Assembly: GCF_016862995.1 (NCBI RefSeq)
Contig: NZ_BOOA01000031.1
Coordinates: forward strand, 1-64,000
DNA length: 64,000 nt
DNA from: Acrocarpospora phusangensis
GTDB lineage: Bacteria; Actinomycetota; Actinomycetes; Streptosporangiales; Streptosporangiaceae
Direction of reading: 5' to 3'
Shown here: piece after piece, positions 17,946-28,891 of the stretch
Layout of the letters: each line of letters opens with the position of its first letter
Numbering within the stretch: the first letter of the stretch is position 1
The notes under the pieces: generated by a model
What the model saw: the letters and a program-made list of their open reading frames with translations, nothing else
Databases searched by the model: none
Told to the model about the DNA's origin: nothing
Program-made: the position numbers and the translations under genes

Positions 17946-18217
17946 ATGCACCGACGAGTGACGTATAGATGACATGAAGCTCGCGATGGGCCCTCAGCAC
18001 GGTCACGGCGTGATCGCCGATGTCGCCGGGAATCTCCGGCGGCCGGGTCGTGCTGAGGGCGGAAACGTTGTACGCGTTCCTCGATCGTCTCACCGGTGAA
18101 AGTGCGACCGCCGCCGGGAGGCCGAGCGTCTCACCCGGTTCCGGCATGCCCGGGGCCCGTCATAAGGCTCGAGAGGCGGGTGACACTCCGGCTAGATGAT
18201 TTGTCGTTCTCCGACGC

Positions 18218-18535
18218 CTATTGAATCGGAAACTTGTGGTCGGGCATCTGCCATTCGGACGGGAGTTCTTCGATCTGCAGGTCGGAGAAGACCAGGGTCA
18301 GATCGTGGGCGTTGGTCTGGATCCGGATCTCGTGGAAGTCGATGCCGACGGCTGCGGCCCAGTTCTGGGCGGTCGGCGAGTCGGTGACGAGCGTGGCTCC
18401 GGGATAAAGCAGCTGCCAGTTGACGCCCCAGACGTATCCGTCGAGGTCGGCGCCGGTTCGGTAGGTGGTGAGCCGGTCATCGAGGGACTCTCGCCAGATG
18501 CCGGCCGGCACGGTTGTGGTGCAGTCGGCTTGCAC
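18218..18535 (-). CDS. hypothetical protein (105 aa)
   Basis: Balanced composition (W, Y, Q, T rich). No recognisable family. Confidence 0.4.
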   Translation of the reverse strand: MQADCTTTVPAGIWRESLDDRLTTYRTGADLDGYVWGVNWQLLYPGATLVTDSPTAQNWAAAVGIDFHEIRIQTNAHDLTLVFSDLQIEELPSEWQMPDHKFPIQ

Positions 18536-18735
18536 GCAGAAGCGGAACAGGTAGCGCAGCGTCGATGGTGTGATCCCGCTGCGCGGGTCTACGATCGCCG
18601 CGATGGGCTTTTTCGATCTTCAGGCAGAGCGCAATGGACCGTTTGGCCTGGACCCGCCTCCCCATCAGGGCACGGCGACGGTCATCACCACGACCATCAT
18701 CATCACAAGCACAGTGCGTGTGGCGAGTAGGGCGA

Positions 18736-19578
18736 CTAACGGAGCCGCCCCGTGACGGCCTGGGCCGGACCCGGCGTACGGAGACCGTGCAGCACCTCCA
18801 CCCGGTGCACTATGCGCGGCGCGGTCAGCGGCACTCCGACCGCCACCGACGAGGGCAGCAAGGTCAGGCCGTGTCCAGCGGCGGCGAGATTCAGGAGGGT
18901 GTGCACATCTTCGCCGCCGTAGCGGAATCCGACACGGAACCCGTCCGTACCCGCCACTTCGCGCAACCGCTCCACCGACACGGCGGCAGGGGCCTGCAGC
19001 CACAGTGCGTCGGCCAGGTCGGTCAGCGCGAGCCCGCGCCTGCGGGAGAGCGGGTGATCGCTGGGCAGGACCACCACCAGCTCCTCCTCGGCCACGCCGA
19101 TGGCGGTCAGCGGTCCCACGTCCGGCAGGCGCAGCGGATCGCTGGGCGCGGCGATCCCGTCGACGAATCCGAGGTCGACAGTGCCGGAGGCGACCTGCTC
19201 GGCGACATTCTCACGTCCGACCGTGTGAAGGGTCACCGCCAGCCGCTCCTGCGTCAGGCTCCTGGCGATCGTCGGAGTGCACGCCAGCGGCGAGGCCGCT
19301 ACGGTCAGCCGCTCGATCGGGCCGGCAGCGGCACGCAGGACGTCGGCGCGGACGGCTCGATGGCGTAGCAGCAGCGGACCGGCGTGTTCCAGCAGGCGTT
19401 CCCCCGCCGGGGTGAGCGTCACCGGACGGCGATGCAACAGAGCCAGTCCCAGGTCCGCCTCCAGCACGGCGATCTGCTGCGAGACCGCCGACTGGGTGTA
19501 GCCGAGATCCTCGGCCGCGGCGGAGAAGGACCGCCGATGAACGACGGTGATGAACGTGCGCAGCAGATGCGGATCCAC
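18736..19578 (-). CDS. LysR family transcriptional regulator
   Basis: N-terminal HTH 'LRTFITVVHRRSFSAAAEDLGYTQSAVSQQIAVLE' plus a LysR substrate-binding domain. Divergent from the GATase gene. Confidence 0.85.
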   Translation of the reverse strand: MDPHLLRTFITVVHRRSFSAAAEDLGYTQSAVSQQIAVLEADLGLALLHRRPVTLTPAGERLLEHAGPLLLRHRAVRADVLRAAAGPIERLTVAASPLACTPTIARSLTQERLAVTLHTVGRENVAEQVASGTVDLGFVDGIAAPSDPLRLPDVGPLTAIGVAEEELVVVLPSDHPLSRRRGLALTDLADALWLQAPAAVSVERLREVAGTDGFRVGFRYGGEDVHTLLNLAAAGHGLTLLPSSVAVGVPLTAPRIVHRVEVLHGLRTPGPAQAVTGRLR

Positions 19579-19592
19579 GATGCATCAGTATC

Positions 19593-19607
19593 GCTTATCC
19601 AGATAGC
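19593..19607. promoter_or_regulatory. imperfect palindrome GCTTATCCAGATAGC (LysR T-N11-A-like box) in the LysR/GATase divergent intergenic region
   Basis: Direct reading of the 77-bp intergenic region. Confidence 0.35.
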
Positions 19608-19655
19608 AAGAATCATCGTTGGCGCTTACCGCGGTGTTCCGGTGAAGGTGAGGAT

Positions 19656-20366
19656 ATGACGATCGCCAGAGTCGCCCTGATCGGCGACAGATCCCCGAGT
19701 GTCCAGGCCCATGTGCGCATCCCGTCGATCTTCGGAGCGCTGCGTGGGCGCGACGGGCTGACGCTGGACGGCTATTGGATCCCCACGACCGAGGCTCAGG
19801 ATCTGGAGGGGTTCGACGGCATCTGGATGATGCCCGGCAGCCCGTATCGCAGCGAGGCAGGCGCGGTGAACGCCGCCCGGGTTGCCCGCGAGCGCGGTAT
19901 CCCGTTCCTGGGCACCTGCGGCGGCTTCCAGCACACCCTCCTGGAATACGCGCGTAACGTCCTCGGCCTGCCGGTCGCGCACGCCGAGAACGATCCGGAC
20001 GCCGACGACTTCCTGCTGCTGCCGCTGGCGTGCTCGCTCGCTGGCCATGAAGAGGAGGTCCAGTTGACGCCCGGCTCTCTGGTCGAGAAGATCATCGGCT
20101 TCGACAGGAGTGTGGAGAAGTACTCCTGCAGCTTCGGCCTCAACCCCGACTACGTGTCCGTGCTGGAGGAGGGTGGCCTGAGCTTCACCGGCCGCGACAG
20201 CGCGGGCGCCGTGCGAGTGCTCGAATTGCCCGGTCACCCGTTCTTTCTGGCCACGCTCTTCCAGCCGGAGTTGGCCGGGGACGGCACCCGGCCGCACCCG
20301 ATCATCACCGCATTCGCCTCGGCCTCCGTGGCGCGGGCCGCCTCGAGAGTTCCGGCCCCGCTCTAG
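19656..20366 (+). CDS. class I glutamine amidotransferase-like protein (CTP-synthase C-terminal-domain type)
   Basis: Catalytic 'GTCGGFQH' nucleophile elbow. 236 aa. Confidence 0.8.
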   Translation: MTIARVALIGDRSPSVQAHVRIPSIFGALRGRDGLTLDGYWIPTTEAQDLEGFDGIWMMPGSPYRSEAGAVNAARVARERGIPFLGTCGGFQHTLLEYARNVLGLPVAHAENDPDADDFLLLPLACSLAGHEEEVQLTPGSLVEKIIGFDRSVEKYSCSFGLNPDYVSVLEEGGLSFTGRDSAGAVRVLELPGHPFFLATLFQPELAGDGTRPHPIITAFASASVARAASRVPAPL

Positions 20367-20902
20367 CCACCGCTGCGACACTATTTCCGCGTGGCGAGTC
20401 GGCATTTCGGTGCGTACGTGGATCGTCCGGGCTGATCGAGCCGCGACGCTCAGTTCCGTGCGGCTCAGGTCCACGCGGCTCAGTTCCGCGTCGCCCAGGT
20501 TGGCTTGATCTTCGGCCTGTTCGTGCGACGGCTCGCCTTGGTCGCAGGGCGATGTGGCCGGGGGTGCTGGTGGAGGTCGCGGAACGTGCGTCGGGTCCGT
20601 CGGGGAGCGGGCGCGGGTAACGCGGCGCCGAGCTGCTGCCCGGATGGCCGCGCACACACGCCTGCGGGCCCCGCCGCGAGGCGCTGATGGTAGTGGCCTC
20701 GCGGTAGATCCACAGACTCGTTATCAGGCCCTCGGGCCAGCCACGATAACGCGGCTCCGGCCGATCCCGCGGGGACGGCGACCGCAGGATGCGCCCCCCG
20801 ATCTCTCCGGAGAGCGGGGGCGCTGTCGTGATCTACACTGCCGGAGGTCGCTGGATCACGGCTTGAGTACTCGCCGCTGAAAGCAGGCCACCACGAGGTG
20901 CA

Positions 20903-22564
20903 ATGGGTGACATGGGCTTACTCCGCCGCTCCTCCGATCCGCCTGCCCGGCCCCCAGACCTGCGCCCGCCCCGCTCGATGTGGTGGTGGATCATCCCCGG
21001 AGCGCTGCTCATCGGTGCTGCCGCCTGGGCCACCATGCAATGGCTGCTCGGGGACCTGACAACCCTGACCCCCGAGCAGGCCACCATCCGCATCGAGGCG
21101 GCCCGCACCGCGCTGGCTGCCGCGGCCGGTGTCGGTGCCGCGGTGACGCTAATGCTGGCGGTGCGCCGGCAGCGGCACCAAGAGCTGGCCACCGCGCACA
21201 CCACCCATGACGCCACCGAGCGGCGGGTCACCGAGCTGTACACCAAGGCCGTGGAACAGCTCGGCAATGCCCAGGCCCCTGTCCGGCTCGGAGGGCTGCA
21301 CGCACTGGAACGCCTCGCCCAGGACACCCCTCAACTCCGCCAGACGATCGTGGACGTGATCTGCGCCTATCTCCGCATGCCCTACACCCCACCGCCCGAG
21401 CATGAGGACCGGCAGGCGAAGATCCGGGCAGCGCACCGCGCCGTCCGGGCCCGAACCCGGCCATCCACTGATACGCCATGGCGTGATCCCGCGGAGGAGC
21501 GGCAGGTCCGCCTCTCCGCTCAGCGCATCCTGCGCGCCCACCTGCACTATCTGCAATCGAACGCACGCCGACGCTGGTGGCAGCGCCCATCTACGCCACC
21601 ACGGCTCTTCTGGCCCGACATCCGGCTCGACCTGACCGGAGCTACCCTCCTCGATCTGGACCTCTCCGCCTGCCGCATTGGCAACGCCCAGTTCGGCATG
21701 GTGGCCTTCTCCGGGGACGCCAGGTTCGACGGCACGACCTTCTCCGAGTCCGTCACGTTCGACCAGGCGACGTTCTCCGAGTCCGTCACGTTCGACCAGG
21801 CGACGTTCTCCGGGTCCGCGGTGTTCGACGAAGCGACGTTCTCCGGGTCCGCCAGGTTCGAAGGGGCGATCTTCTCCGGGTACACCAGGTTCGGCCAGGC
21901 GACCTTCTCCGAGGGCGCCGGGTTCGAGGGGGCGATCTTCTCCGGGTACGCCACGTTCGGCCAGGCGGCCTTCTCCAGGTCCGCCGTGTTCGGTCGGGCG
22001 GCCTTCTCCGGGTACGCCGTGTTCGACCAGGTGACCTTTTCCGGGTCCGCCGGGTTCGACGGGGCGACCTTCTCCAAGGACGCCAGGTTCGGCGGGACGA
22101 CCTTCTCGGGGTACGCCGTGTTCGGCGGGGCGATCTTCTCCGGGTACACCACGTTCGACGAAGCGACCTTCTCCGAGGACGCCTTGTTCGACAAGGCGAC
22201 CTTCTCCGGTCCCACCAGGTTCGACGAGGTGACTTTCTCCAGGTCCGTCAGGTTCGGCGGGGTGACCTTCTCCGAGTCCGTCACGTTCGACGAGGCCACC
22301 TTCTCCGAGGGTGCCGTGTTCGGCGGGGCGGCCTTCTCCGGGCACGCCGTGTTTAGTCAGGATGAGCAATCCAGGAATGTCGATCTCGACGGGGCGGCGG
22401 TATCTCCGGCGTCGGAAGCGAAGCGGGTGTGGCCAACTGGGTGGCGCGTAGAAAAGGCATCAGATGGACAGAGCGACGTCCTTAAGAAAGCCGACTCGGC
22501 AGCTACCGAGGGCGAAGCCCCACAACACTCCAGCGAGGCTATTTCAGATCCTCAGCGGGAGTAG
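20903..22564 (+). CDS. membrane-anchored pentapeptide-repeat protein
   Basis: Two N-terminal TM helices. About 45 consecutive pentapeptides of A(D/N/T)(F/L)S(G/E)-type, written as near-identical 10-aa units ('ATFSGSAVFDEATFSGSARFEG...'). Acidic C-terminal tail. Confidence 0.8.
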   Translation: MGDMGLLRRSSDPPARPPDLRPPRSMWWWIIPGALLIGAAAWATMQWLLGDLTTLTPEQATIRIEAARTALAAAAGVGAAVTLMLAVRRQRHQELATAHTTHDATERRVTELYTKAVEQLGNAQAPVRLGGLHALERLAQDTPQLRQTIVDVICAYLRMPYTPPPEHEDRQAKIRAAHRAVRARTRPSTDTPWRDPAEERQVRLSAQRILRAHLHYLQSNARRRWWQRPSTPPRLFWPDIRLDLTGATLLDLDLSACRIGNAQFGMVAFSGDARFDGTTFSESVTFDQATFSESVTFDQATFSGSAVFDEATFSGSARFEGAIFSGYTRFGQATFSEGAGFEGAIFSGYATFGQAAFSRSAVFGRAAFSGYAVFDQVTFSGSAGFDGATFSKDARFGGTTFSGYAVFGGAIFSGYTTFDEATFSEDALFDKATFSGPTRFDEVTFSRSVRFGGVTFSESVTFDEATFSEGAVFGGAAFSGHAVFSQDEQSRNVDLDGAAVSPASEAKRVWPTGWRVEKASDGQSDVLKKADSAATEGEAPQHSSEAISDPQRE

Positions 22565-22569
22565 TTGAA

Positions 22570-23210
<641 letters not shown>

Positions 23211-23332
23211 GCAGATCATGCCCGTAACCCTCGCACCGCGCCATGGTCGCCTCGGTCCGCTCGGTCTCGATCAATCGATTGGCCAGCGCCCAGCTGCCGT
23301 TCTGACAGCGAGGGTTCCCGATATCCGGCCGG

Positions 23333-24748
23333 TCAGGCGACGGTTCTGGTGTGGCGGGGGAGGCCGTGGGTGTCGAGGGTGGTGGTGAGGGTGCGGAGGG
23401 CGCGGCGGAGGGTCATTTCGTCGAGGTGGGCGTAGCCGAGGACGATGCCGTTCTTGGGGTGGGAGTGGGGGTGGTAGTAGTCGGCGAGGGTGGCGGTGAT
23501 GACGCCCCGGTCGTGGAGGGTGCGGGTGAGGTGGGCGGCGGGGAGTGAGGGTGGGAGGAGCAGGGTGGCGGTTGTGCCGGTGTGGGAGCCGAGAAGGGTG
23601 GTGTCGGGGTAGGCGGCGAGGGACTGGCGGAGGAGGGTACGGCGCTGGGCGTACAGGGTGGAGAGGCGGTCGAGGCGGCGGGTGGCGCAGCCGGAGCGGA
23701 GCAGGTCGGCGGTGACCTGCTGGGCCATGGCGGACGGGGGTTCGGGGCCGTACGGGACGCGGGCTCGGATGGTCGGCGCCAGGGGGCGGGGGAGGACGAG
23801 GAAGGCCAGGCGCAGGGACGGGGTGAGGATGTCGCTGAACGAGCCGTACATGAGGGTGCGGGTGGGGTCGCCGGAGGCGAGGACGCTGGGGCGCGGGTTG
23901 ACGCTCGGGTTGTAGACGCCGTCGAAGGCGGGTTCGACGATCAGGGCGTCGTGGTCGGCGGCCCAGGCGGAGAGGGCGTGGCGGCGTTCCATGGACATGC
24001 GGGCCCCGAGGGGGTCGTTGCGTTCGGGGGAGATGACGACGGCGTCGCAGCCGGTCGGGATCAGGTCGACGCGGGCGCCCGCGCCGTCCACGGGCACAGG
24101 ACGTACGGTGGCGTGCCGGGCCAGCGCGTTGCGGAAGCCGGCGGGGGACGGGTCTTCGAGGGCGACGGTGACCGGTCGTTCGCCGCCGCCGGGGAGGGCG
24201 AGGCGGAGGGCTTCGGCGTACCCGGAGACGACGATGATCTCGTGGTGATCGAGGACGAGACCGCGGGTGTCACGGAGCAGGGCGGCGATCGCGTAGCGGA
24301 GTTCGAGGAGGCCGGCGAGGGGCGGCTCGTCGGCGGGCGGGGCGTGGTGGCTGGCGCGGCGCCAGGCCGCGCGCCAGGCGGCGATGGGGAAGGCTTCGGC
24401 GGTGCGCCGGCCCGGGGTCAGGTCGACCGGGCCTCGCGCGGGCGCCGAGGGGGCGGTCCGGGGCGTGCGGTCGTTCTCGGCGCGGGTACGGGTCGCCACG
24501 TACGTGCCGGAGCCGTGTTTGCCGGTGACGTACCCCTCGGCGAACAGGATCTCGTACGCGGAGAGCGCGACCCCGCGCGATATCCCGAGCACCTCGGCCA
24601 TGGTCCGGGTGGACGGCATGCGGGTGGCCGCGGCCAGCTGGCCGGAGTCGATGGCCTGCCGCAGCTGGTCCGCCATCTGGTCGTGGAGCGGGGTGGGCAG
24701 GCTTCGGTCCAGTCGGATCGGAACACGTAGTCCCTGCGGGTTGCGCAT
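23333..24748 (-). CDS. MocR/PdxR-type transcriptional regulator (GntR HTH plus aminotransferase-like domain)
   Basis: N-terminal GntR wHTH ('LRQAIDSGQLAAATRMPSTRTMAEVLGISRGVALSAYEIL') and a class-I aminotransferase fold domain. 471 aa. Confidence 0.85.
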   Translation of the reverse strand: MRNPQGLRVPIRLDRSLPTPLHDQMADQLRQAIDSGQLAAATRMPSTRTMAEVLGISRGVALSAYEILFAEGYVTGKHGSGTYVATRTRAENDRTPRTAPSAPARGPVDLTPGRRTAEAFPIAAWRAAWRRASHHAPPADEPPLAGLLELRYAIAALLRDTRGLVLDHHEIIVVSGYAEALRLALPGGGERPVTVALEDPSPAGFRNALARHATVRPVPVDGAGARVDLIPTGCDAVVISPERNDPLGARMSMERRHALSAWAADHDALIVEPAFDGVYNPSVNPRPSVLASGDPTRTLMYGSFSDILTPSLRLAFLVLPRPLAPTIRARVPYGPEPPSAMAQQVTADLLRSGCATRRLDRLSTLYAQRRTLLRQSLAAYPDTTLLGSHTGTTATLLLPPSLPAAHLTRTLHDRGVITATLADYYHPHSHPKNGIVLGYAHLDEMTLRRALRTLTTTLDTHGLPRHTRTVA

Positions 24749-25015
24749 CCATTCCCCCTGTTCACGACAGCATGGCCGCCACGGTCAGGGACGGCGGCAG
24801 CGGTGGTCCCGGGTGCGGGCCCACCGGCCGCCTCCCTCATCAGGAAGGCGTGACATCCCGTTCCATCCGATGGAACCCCGCCGGCGAGGCCTCACACACC
24901 CAACAGAGCGACCCAAAGCCGACGATTCTCGCCGTCATCCAGCGCCGTCGACGCAGGCTTGGCCGGTTCACGCGGCACCGCCGAGAGCGACCGGGTTTCG
25001 TCCCGTTTGGGCCTC

Positions 25016-26953
25016 TTAGCGGTCCGAGGGGCGGTAGCAGCAGCGGAGGCCGGTCTGGACCGTGGTGCGGAGTTCCTCGCCGATGATGGGGTCGGCCTCG
25101 GTGATGCGGGCCAGGGCCCGGCGGATGGCCTTGCCGACGGCGATCCTGGCGCGCTCCTCGCTGCCGGTGAACCGGCGGACCCGGCCGCTCATGCCGGTGG
25201 CGGCGGCCAGCTCGTCGACCAGCCAGTCGCGTTCGGCGCGCAGCGCCTCGGTGCGGCCGAGGTCGTGCTGCGACTCCAGCTCGTCGATCTCGGCCTGCAA
25301 CTGGGCCAGGCGCTGCTTGTACGTGCGCTTGGCCTGCTCGTCCAGGAGCGGCTGCCCGGTGTCGGTCTCGCCCTCCGTCATGCCGGGCCCGGCGGCCAGG
25401 TCGGTGGCGCGGATCTCACTGCCGGGGTTGGAGATGAGGGTGGCCAGGTGGCGCATGCCGACGCTGTGGTCGACCAGCACGCTGCGGCCGCTGAGCTCGA
25501 TCAGCCAGTGGCGGCCGTGGCGGCGGCACTTGCCGGCGTCCTTGGACTTGACCGGGGTGCGCGCCTCCGGAGCGGCCGGCAGCAGCATGCCGAGCTCGTC
25601 CGCCTCCTCCTGCGCCTGCGCGAGCTCCCGGTTGGCGGCCTCGTCGTTCGGGCCGCCGCGCCGGGCGAGCGCCTGCCCGAGCCGCCACCGCGACAGCACC
25701 GCGGCCGGCCAGTGCCCGAGCGCCAGATTGTCCTGTACGGCCCCGCGCAGATGCTCCACCGCCCGGTCCACGTCGCCGACCGTGAGGCTGGCCATGCCGA
25801 GCGTGTGCCGGGTGGAGCCGAAGCAGGAGACGCCCAGACTCACGATCATGGGCAGCCGGGCGAACGGGGTGAGCAGGTGGTACGCCTGGGCCGCGGTCTC
25901 GGCGTCGTCGAGCAGGTGGGCGGCTTCCACGATGCCGTACATGGTGGTGAGCCAGCTGCTGGAGCGGGGCAGGTCGCCGAGGTCGCGGCCGCGCAGGCGC
26001 GCCACCATGCCGGCGGCGAGCCGTTTGTCGCCGTTGCTGGCGGCGGCGACGGCGAGGGCGGCGAAGTAGGAGTTGTCGACGGCGCTCAGCATCGGCGAGT
26101 TGACCATCTCCATCAGCACCGGGACGAGTTCGGCGATCCGGCCCTGGTACCAGCGGATGGTGCCGAGCTGGCCGCCGTACCAGCCGGTGGTGTCGACGTC
26201 GCCGGCGGTGGCGCCGCGCTCGGCGGCGACGTTGGCGAGGGTCTCGGCGTGGCCGAAGCGGCCGGTCCTGATGGCGAGCATGACGTCGATGGCGCTGACC
26301 ACGAAGCCGACGGCGCGGTGGTCGTGCAGGTCCAGCCGGCCGCGCAGCTCCTCCAGGGCGCGCTCGGCGTGCGGGTCGGCGGCCAGGAAGCGGTCCACGG
26401 TCTGCCAGAGCAGGCCCATGAGCAGGTCGCCGCGGCGGCCGGTGCTCCCGGCGTGGGCGACGAGCTCTTCGGCCAGGTCGGCGCGGAGCATGCCGTGCTC
26501 GGGGGCGAGCAGGCAGTGGTGGGCCAGGCTGAGGGCTTCGGCGAGGGCCTGCGCGTCGCCGGCCCTGCGGGCCTCCGCGACGACCTTGATGATGGCGGCG
26601 TGCTCACCGTTGCGGTAGTCCTCCTCGCCGGTGAGCCGGGCCCGCAGGCGGAGGGCGAGGGTGGAGCGCGGGTCGATGCCGGACAGGGCGTGCCGCTGGC
26701 GCATCCGGACCAGGCCGGCGTCGACGGTGGTGCGGTGCTCGTGCACCCAGACCCCGCCGAGCCCGAGCGCGGCCCGTGCCATCGCGATGGAGTTGTCCTC
26801 CCCCTGCGCCATCCGGTACGCGTCGTCGAACCACCGTCTGGCCGCCTGCAGGTCCCCGTCCACGTAGAGCGCGCGTTCGCCGGCGACGAGCGTGAATTCG
26901 ATGCCGTCGCCGAAGTCGGCTGATAAGGTCTCCAGCCCTTGTACCAAGCTCAC
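25016..26953 (-). CDS. hypothetical helical-repeat (TPR-like) protein, 645 aa
   Basis: Balanced, Ala/Leu-rich composition. The antisense ORF 24959..26923 is Gly/Ala/Val junk. Confidence 0.55.
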   Translation of the reverse strand: MSLVQGLETLSADFGDGIEFTLVAGERALYVDGDLQAARRWFDDAYRMAQGEDNSIAMARAALGLGGVWVHEHRTTVDAGLVRMRQRHALSGIDPRSTLALRLRARLTGEEDYRNGEHAAIIKVVAEARRAGDAQALAEALSLAHHCLLAPEHGMLRADLAEELVAHAGSTGRRGDLLMGLLWQTVDRFLAADPHAERALEELRGRLDLHDHRAVGFVVSAIDVMLAIRTGRFGHAETLANVAAERGATAGDVDTTGWYGGQLGTIRWYQGRIAELVPVLMEMVNSPMLSAVDNSYFAALAVAAASNGDKRLAAGMVARLRGRDLGDLPRSSSWLTTMYGIVEAAHLLDDAETAAQAYHLLTPFARLPMIVSLGVSCFGSTRHTLGMASLTVGDVDRAVEHLRGAVQDNLALGHWPAAVLSRWRLGQALARRGGPNDEAANRELAQAQEEADELGMLLPAAPEARTPVKSKDAGKCRRHGRHWLIELSGRSVLVDHSVGMRHLATLISNPGSEIRATDLAAGPGMTEGETDTGQPLLDEQAKRTYKQRLAQLQAEIDELESQHDLGRTEALRAERDWLVDELAAATGMSGRVRRFTGSEERARIAVGKAIRRALARITEADPIIGEELRTTVQTGLRCCYRPSDR

Positions 26954-27186
26954 GGCTTCCTCTCATCCTGCAGGTCGTTTCGGTTCCCCCAGGCCCCACG
27001 CCTGTACGACTCAAGTGATAGACGACCCGGGTTGCATGTCCCTTGACGGCCGCTTGCTGTGACCCGTGTTGGAACAGCGTGGAACGCCCTATCTGGAGAA
27101 GCCCCGCCGGACGCCGGATTTCGGCACAGAGGAACACTCGTTGGTCACAACGGTCCCGAGCGGTGAGCGGTTCATTGAAATGAGAA

Positions 27187-28890
27187 TTATTTGCGCCTGG
27201 GCGGGCGGCGGTGCGCGGCCCGGTGCGAGCCGGTGCCGGTCAAAGCGCGGACCGACAGTTCGTCGTACCGCTCCTGGTCGGCTTTCTCCCTGCTCAGCAG
27301 GGTGCCGGCGACGGCGCACAGGAAGCCGAACGGGATGGAGACCAGGCCGGGGTTCTCCAGCGGGAAGACGTGGAAGTCCACTCCGGCGGGGAGCAGTGAC
27401 AGGCTGGCCCCCGTCGCCGGGTCGATCTTGCCGGAGACCACGGGGGAGAAGGCCATCAGCAGCAGCGAGCCGAGCAGCCCGCCGTAGATTCCTGCGACCA
27501 CGCCGGTGGAGTTGAACCGGCGCCAGAACAGCGACAGCACGATGGCGGGCAGGTTGGCGGAGGCGGCCATGGCGAAGGCGAGCGCCACCAGGAAGGCCAC
27601 GTTCAGGTTCCTGGCCACCACCGCCAGCACCACGGCCAGCGCGCCGACCAGGAAGGCGGCGAACCGCGCCACCGCGACCTCCTGCGACTCACGCGGCCGG
27701 CCCAGCATCAGCACGTGCCCGAAGTAGTCGTGCGCGAGCGAGGTGGAGGAGGCCAGCACCAGGCCGGAGACGACGGCCAGGATGGTGGCGAAGGCGACCG
27801 CGCCGATGAAGGCGAGCAGGATGTCGCCGCCGAGCGGCCCGCCCGCGAACTCGCCGAGGGTGTGCGCGAGTTGCAGGGCGGCGGTGTTGCCCGCCGGGTC
27901 CTGGGCGGTGATGGCCTCCTGGCCGACGACGGCGGTGGCGCCGAAGCCGAGGGCCAGGGTCATCAGGTAGAAGAGGCCGACCAGGCCGATCGCCCAGTTC
28001 ACGGAGGTACGGGCGGCGCGGGCGTCGGGCACGGTGAAGAACCGGCTGACGATGTGCGGCAGCCCGGCCGTGCCGAGCACCAGGGCGACGGCCAGGCTGA
28101 TGAAGTCCAGCTTGTTGATGAGCGTGCGCAGCGGGTCGCCCTCGATCTCCCTGCCGTACTTGAGGCCCGGCTGGAGGAAGTCGGCGGAGCGGCCGCTGGC
28201 CTCGGCGGCGGCGCCGAGCATGTCGCTCAGGTTGAAGCCGAACCGGCCGAGCACGAGCACGGTCAGCACGGTCGTGCCGGCCATCAGCAGCACGGCCTTG
28301 ATGATCTGCACCCAGGTGGTGCCCTTCATCCCGCCGTACGTGACGTAGAAGACCATCATCATCCCGACCACGATGATGGTCAGGACCTTGGCCGAGCCGG
28401 CGGACAGGCCGAGGAAGGTCTCGCCGGGGTGGATGCCGAGCAGCAGGGAGACCAGCGCGCCCGCGCCGACCATCTGGGCCAGCAGGTAGAAGACCGAGAC
28501 GGTGACGGTGGAGACGGCGGCGGCGGTGCGCACCCGAGGCTGCCGCCTGGCCCGGTAGGAGAGCACGTCTGCCATGGTGAAGCGGCCCGCGTTGCGCATC
28601 AGCTCGACCAGCAGCAGGGTCAGCAGCCAGGCGACCAGGAAGCCGATGGAGTAGAGGAAGCCGTCGTAGCCGGACAGGGCGATGATGCCGGCGATGCCGA
28701 GGAAGGACGCGGCGGACATGTAGTCACCGGCGAGGGCGAGGCCGTTCTGCGGTCCGGAGAAGGCCCGGCCACCGGCGTAGAAGTCGTCGGCGTCACGGGT
28801 GTTGGCCCGCGCCCAGAGAGTGATGCCCAGGGTGATCAGGATGAACACCACGAACAGGCCGAACGTCAGGAAACGGCCGTCGCTGTGCAT
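27187..28890 (-). CDS. actP: cation/acetate symporter (sodium:solute symporter family)
   Basis: 567 aa, about 13 TM. SSF signature region. Preceded by its obligate DUF485 partner. Confidence 0.85.
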   Translation of the reverse strand: MHSDGRFLTFGLFVVFILITLGITLWARANTRDADDFYAGGRAFSGPQNGLALAGDYMSAASFLGIAGIIALSGYDGFLYSIGFLVAWLLTLLLVELMRNAGRFTMADVLSYRARRQPRVRTAAAVSTVTVSVFYLLAQMVGAGALVSLLLGIHPGETFLGLSAGSAKVLTIIVVGMMMVFYVTYGGMKGTTWVQIIKAVLLMAGTTVLTVLVLGRFGFNLSDMLGAAAEASGRSADFLQPGLKYGREIEGDPLRTLINKLDFISLAVALVLGTAGLPHIVSRFFTVPDARAARTSVNWAIGLVGLFYLMTLALGFGATAVVGQEAITAQDPAGNTAALQLAHTLGEFAGGPLGGDILLAFIGAVAFATILAVVSGLVLASSTSLAHDYFGHVLMLGRPRESQEVAVARFAAFLVGALAVVLAVVARNLNVAFLVALAFAMAASANLPAIVLSLFWRRFNSTGVVAGIYGGLLGSLLLMAFSPVVSGKIDPATGASLSLLPAGVDFHVFPLENPGLVSIPFGFLCAVAGTLLSREKADQERYDELSVRALTGTGSHRAAHRRPPRRK

Positions 28891-28891
28891 G

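Noticed and set aside
21149-22369. 406-aa minus-strand ORF with 'GEGRPAEHGVPGE' repeats
   Set aside because: Antisense reading of the pentapeptide-repeat DNA. The periodicity is inherited from the sense strand.
24959-26923. 654-aa plus-strand ORF
   Set aside because: Gly/Ala/Val/Asp-rich antisense of the 25016..26953 helical-repeat gene.
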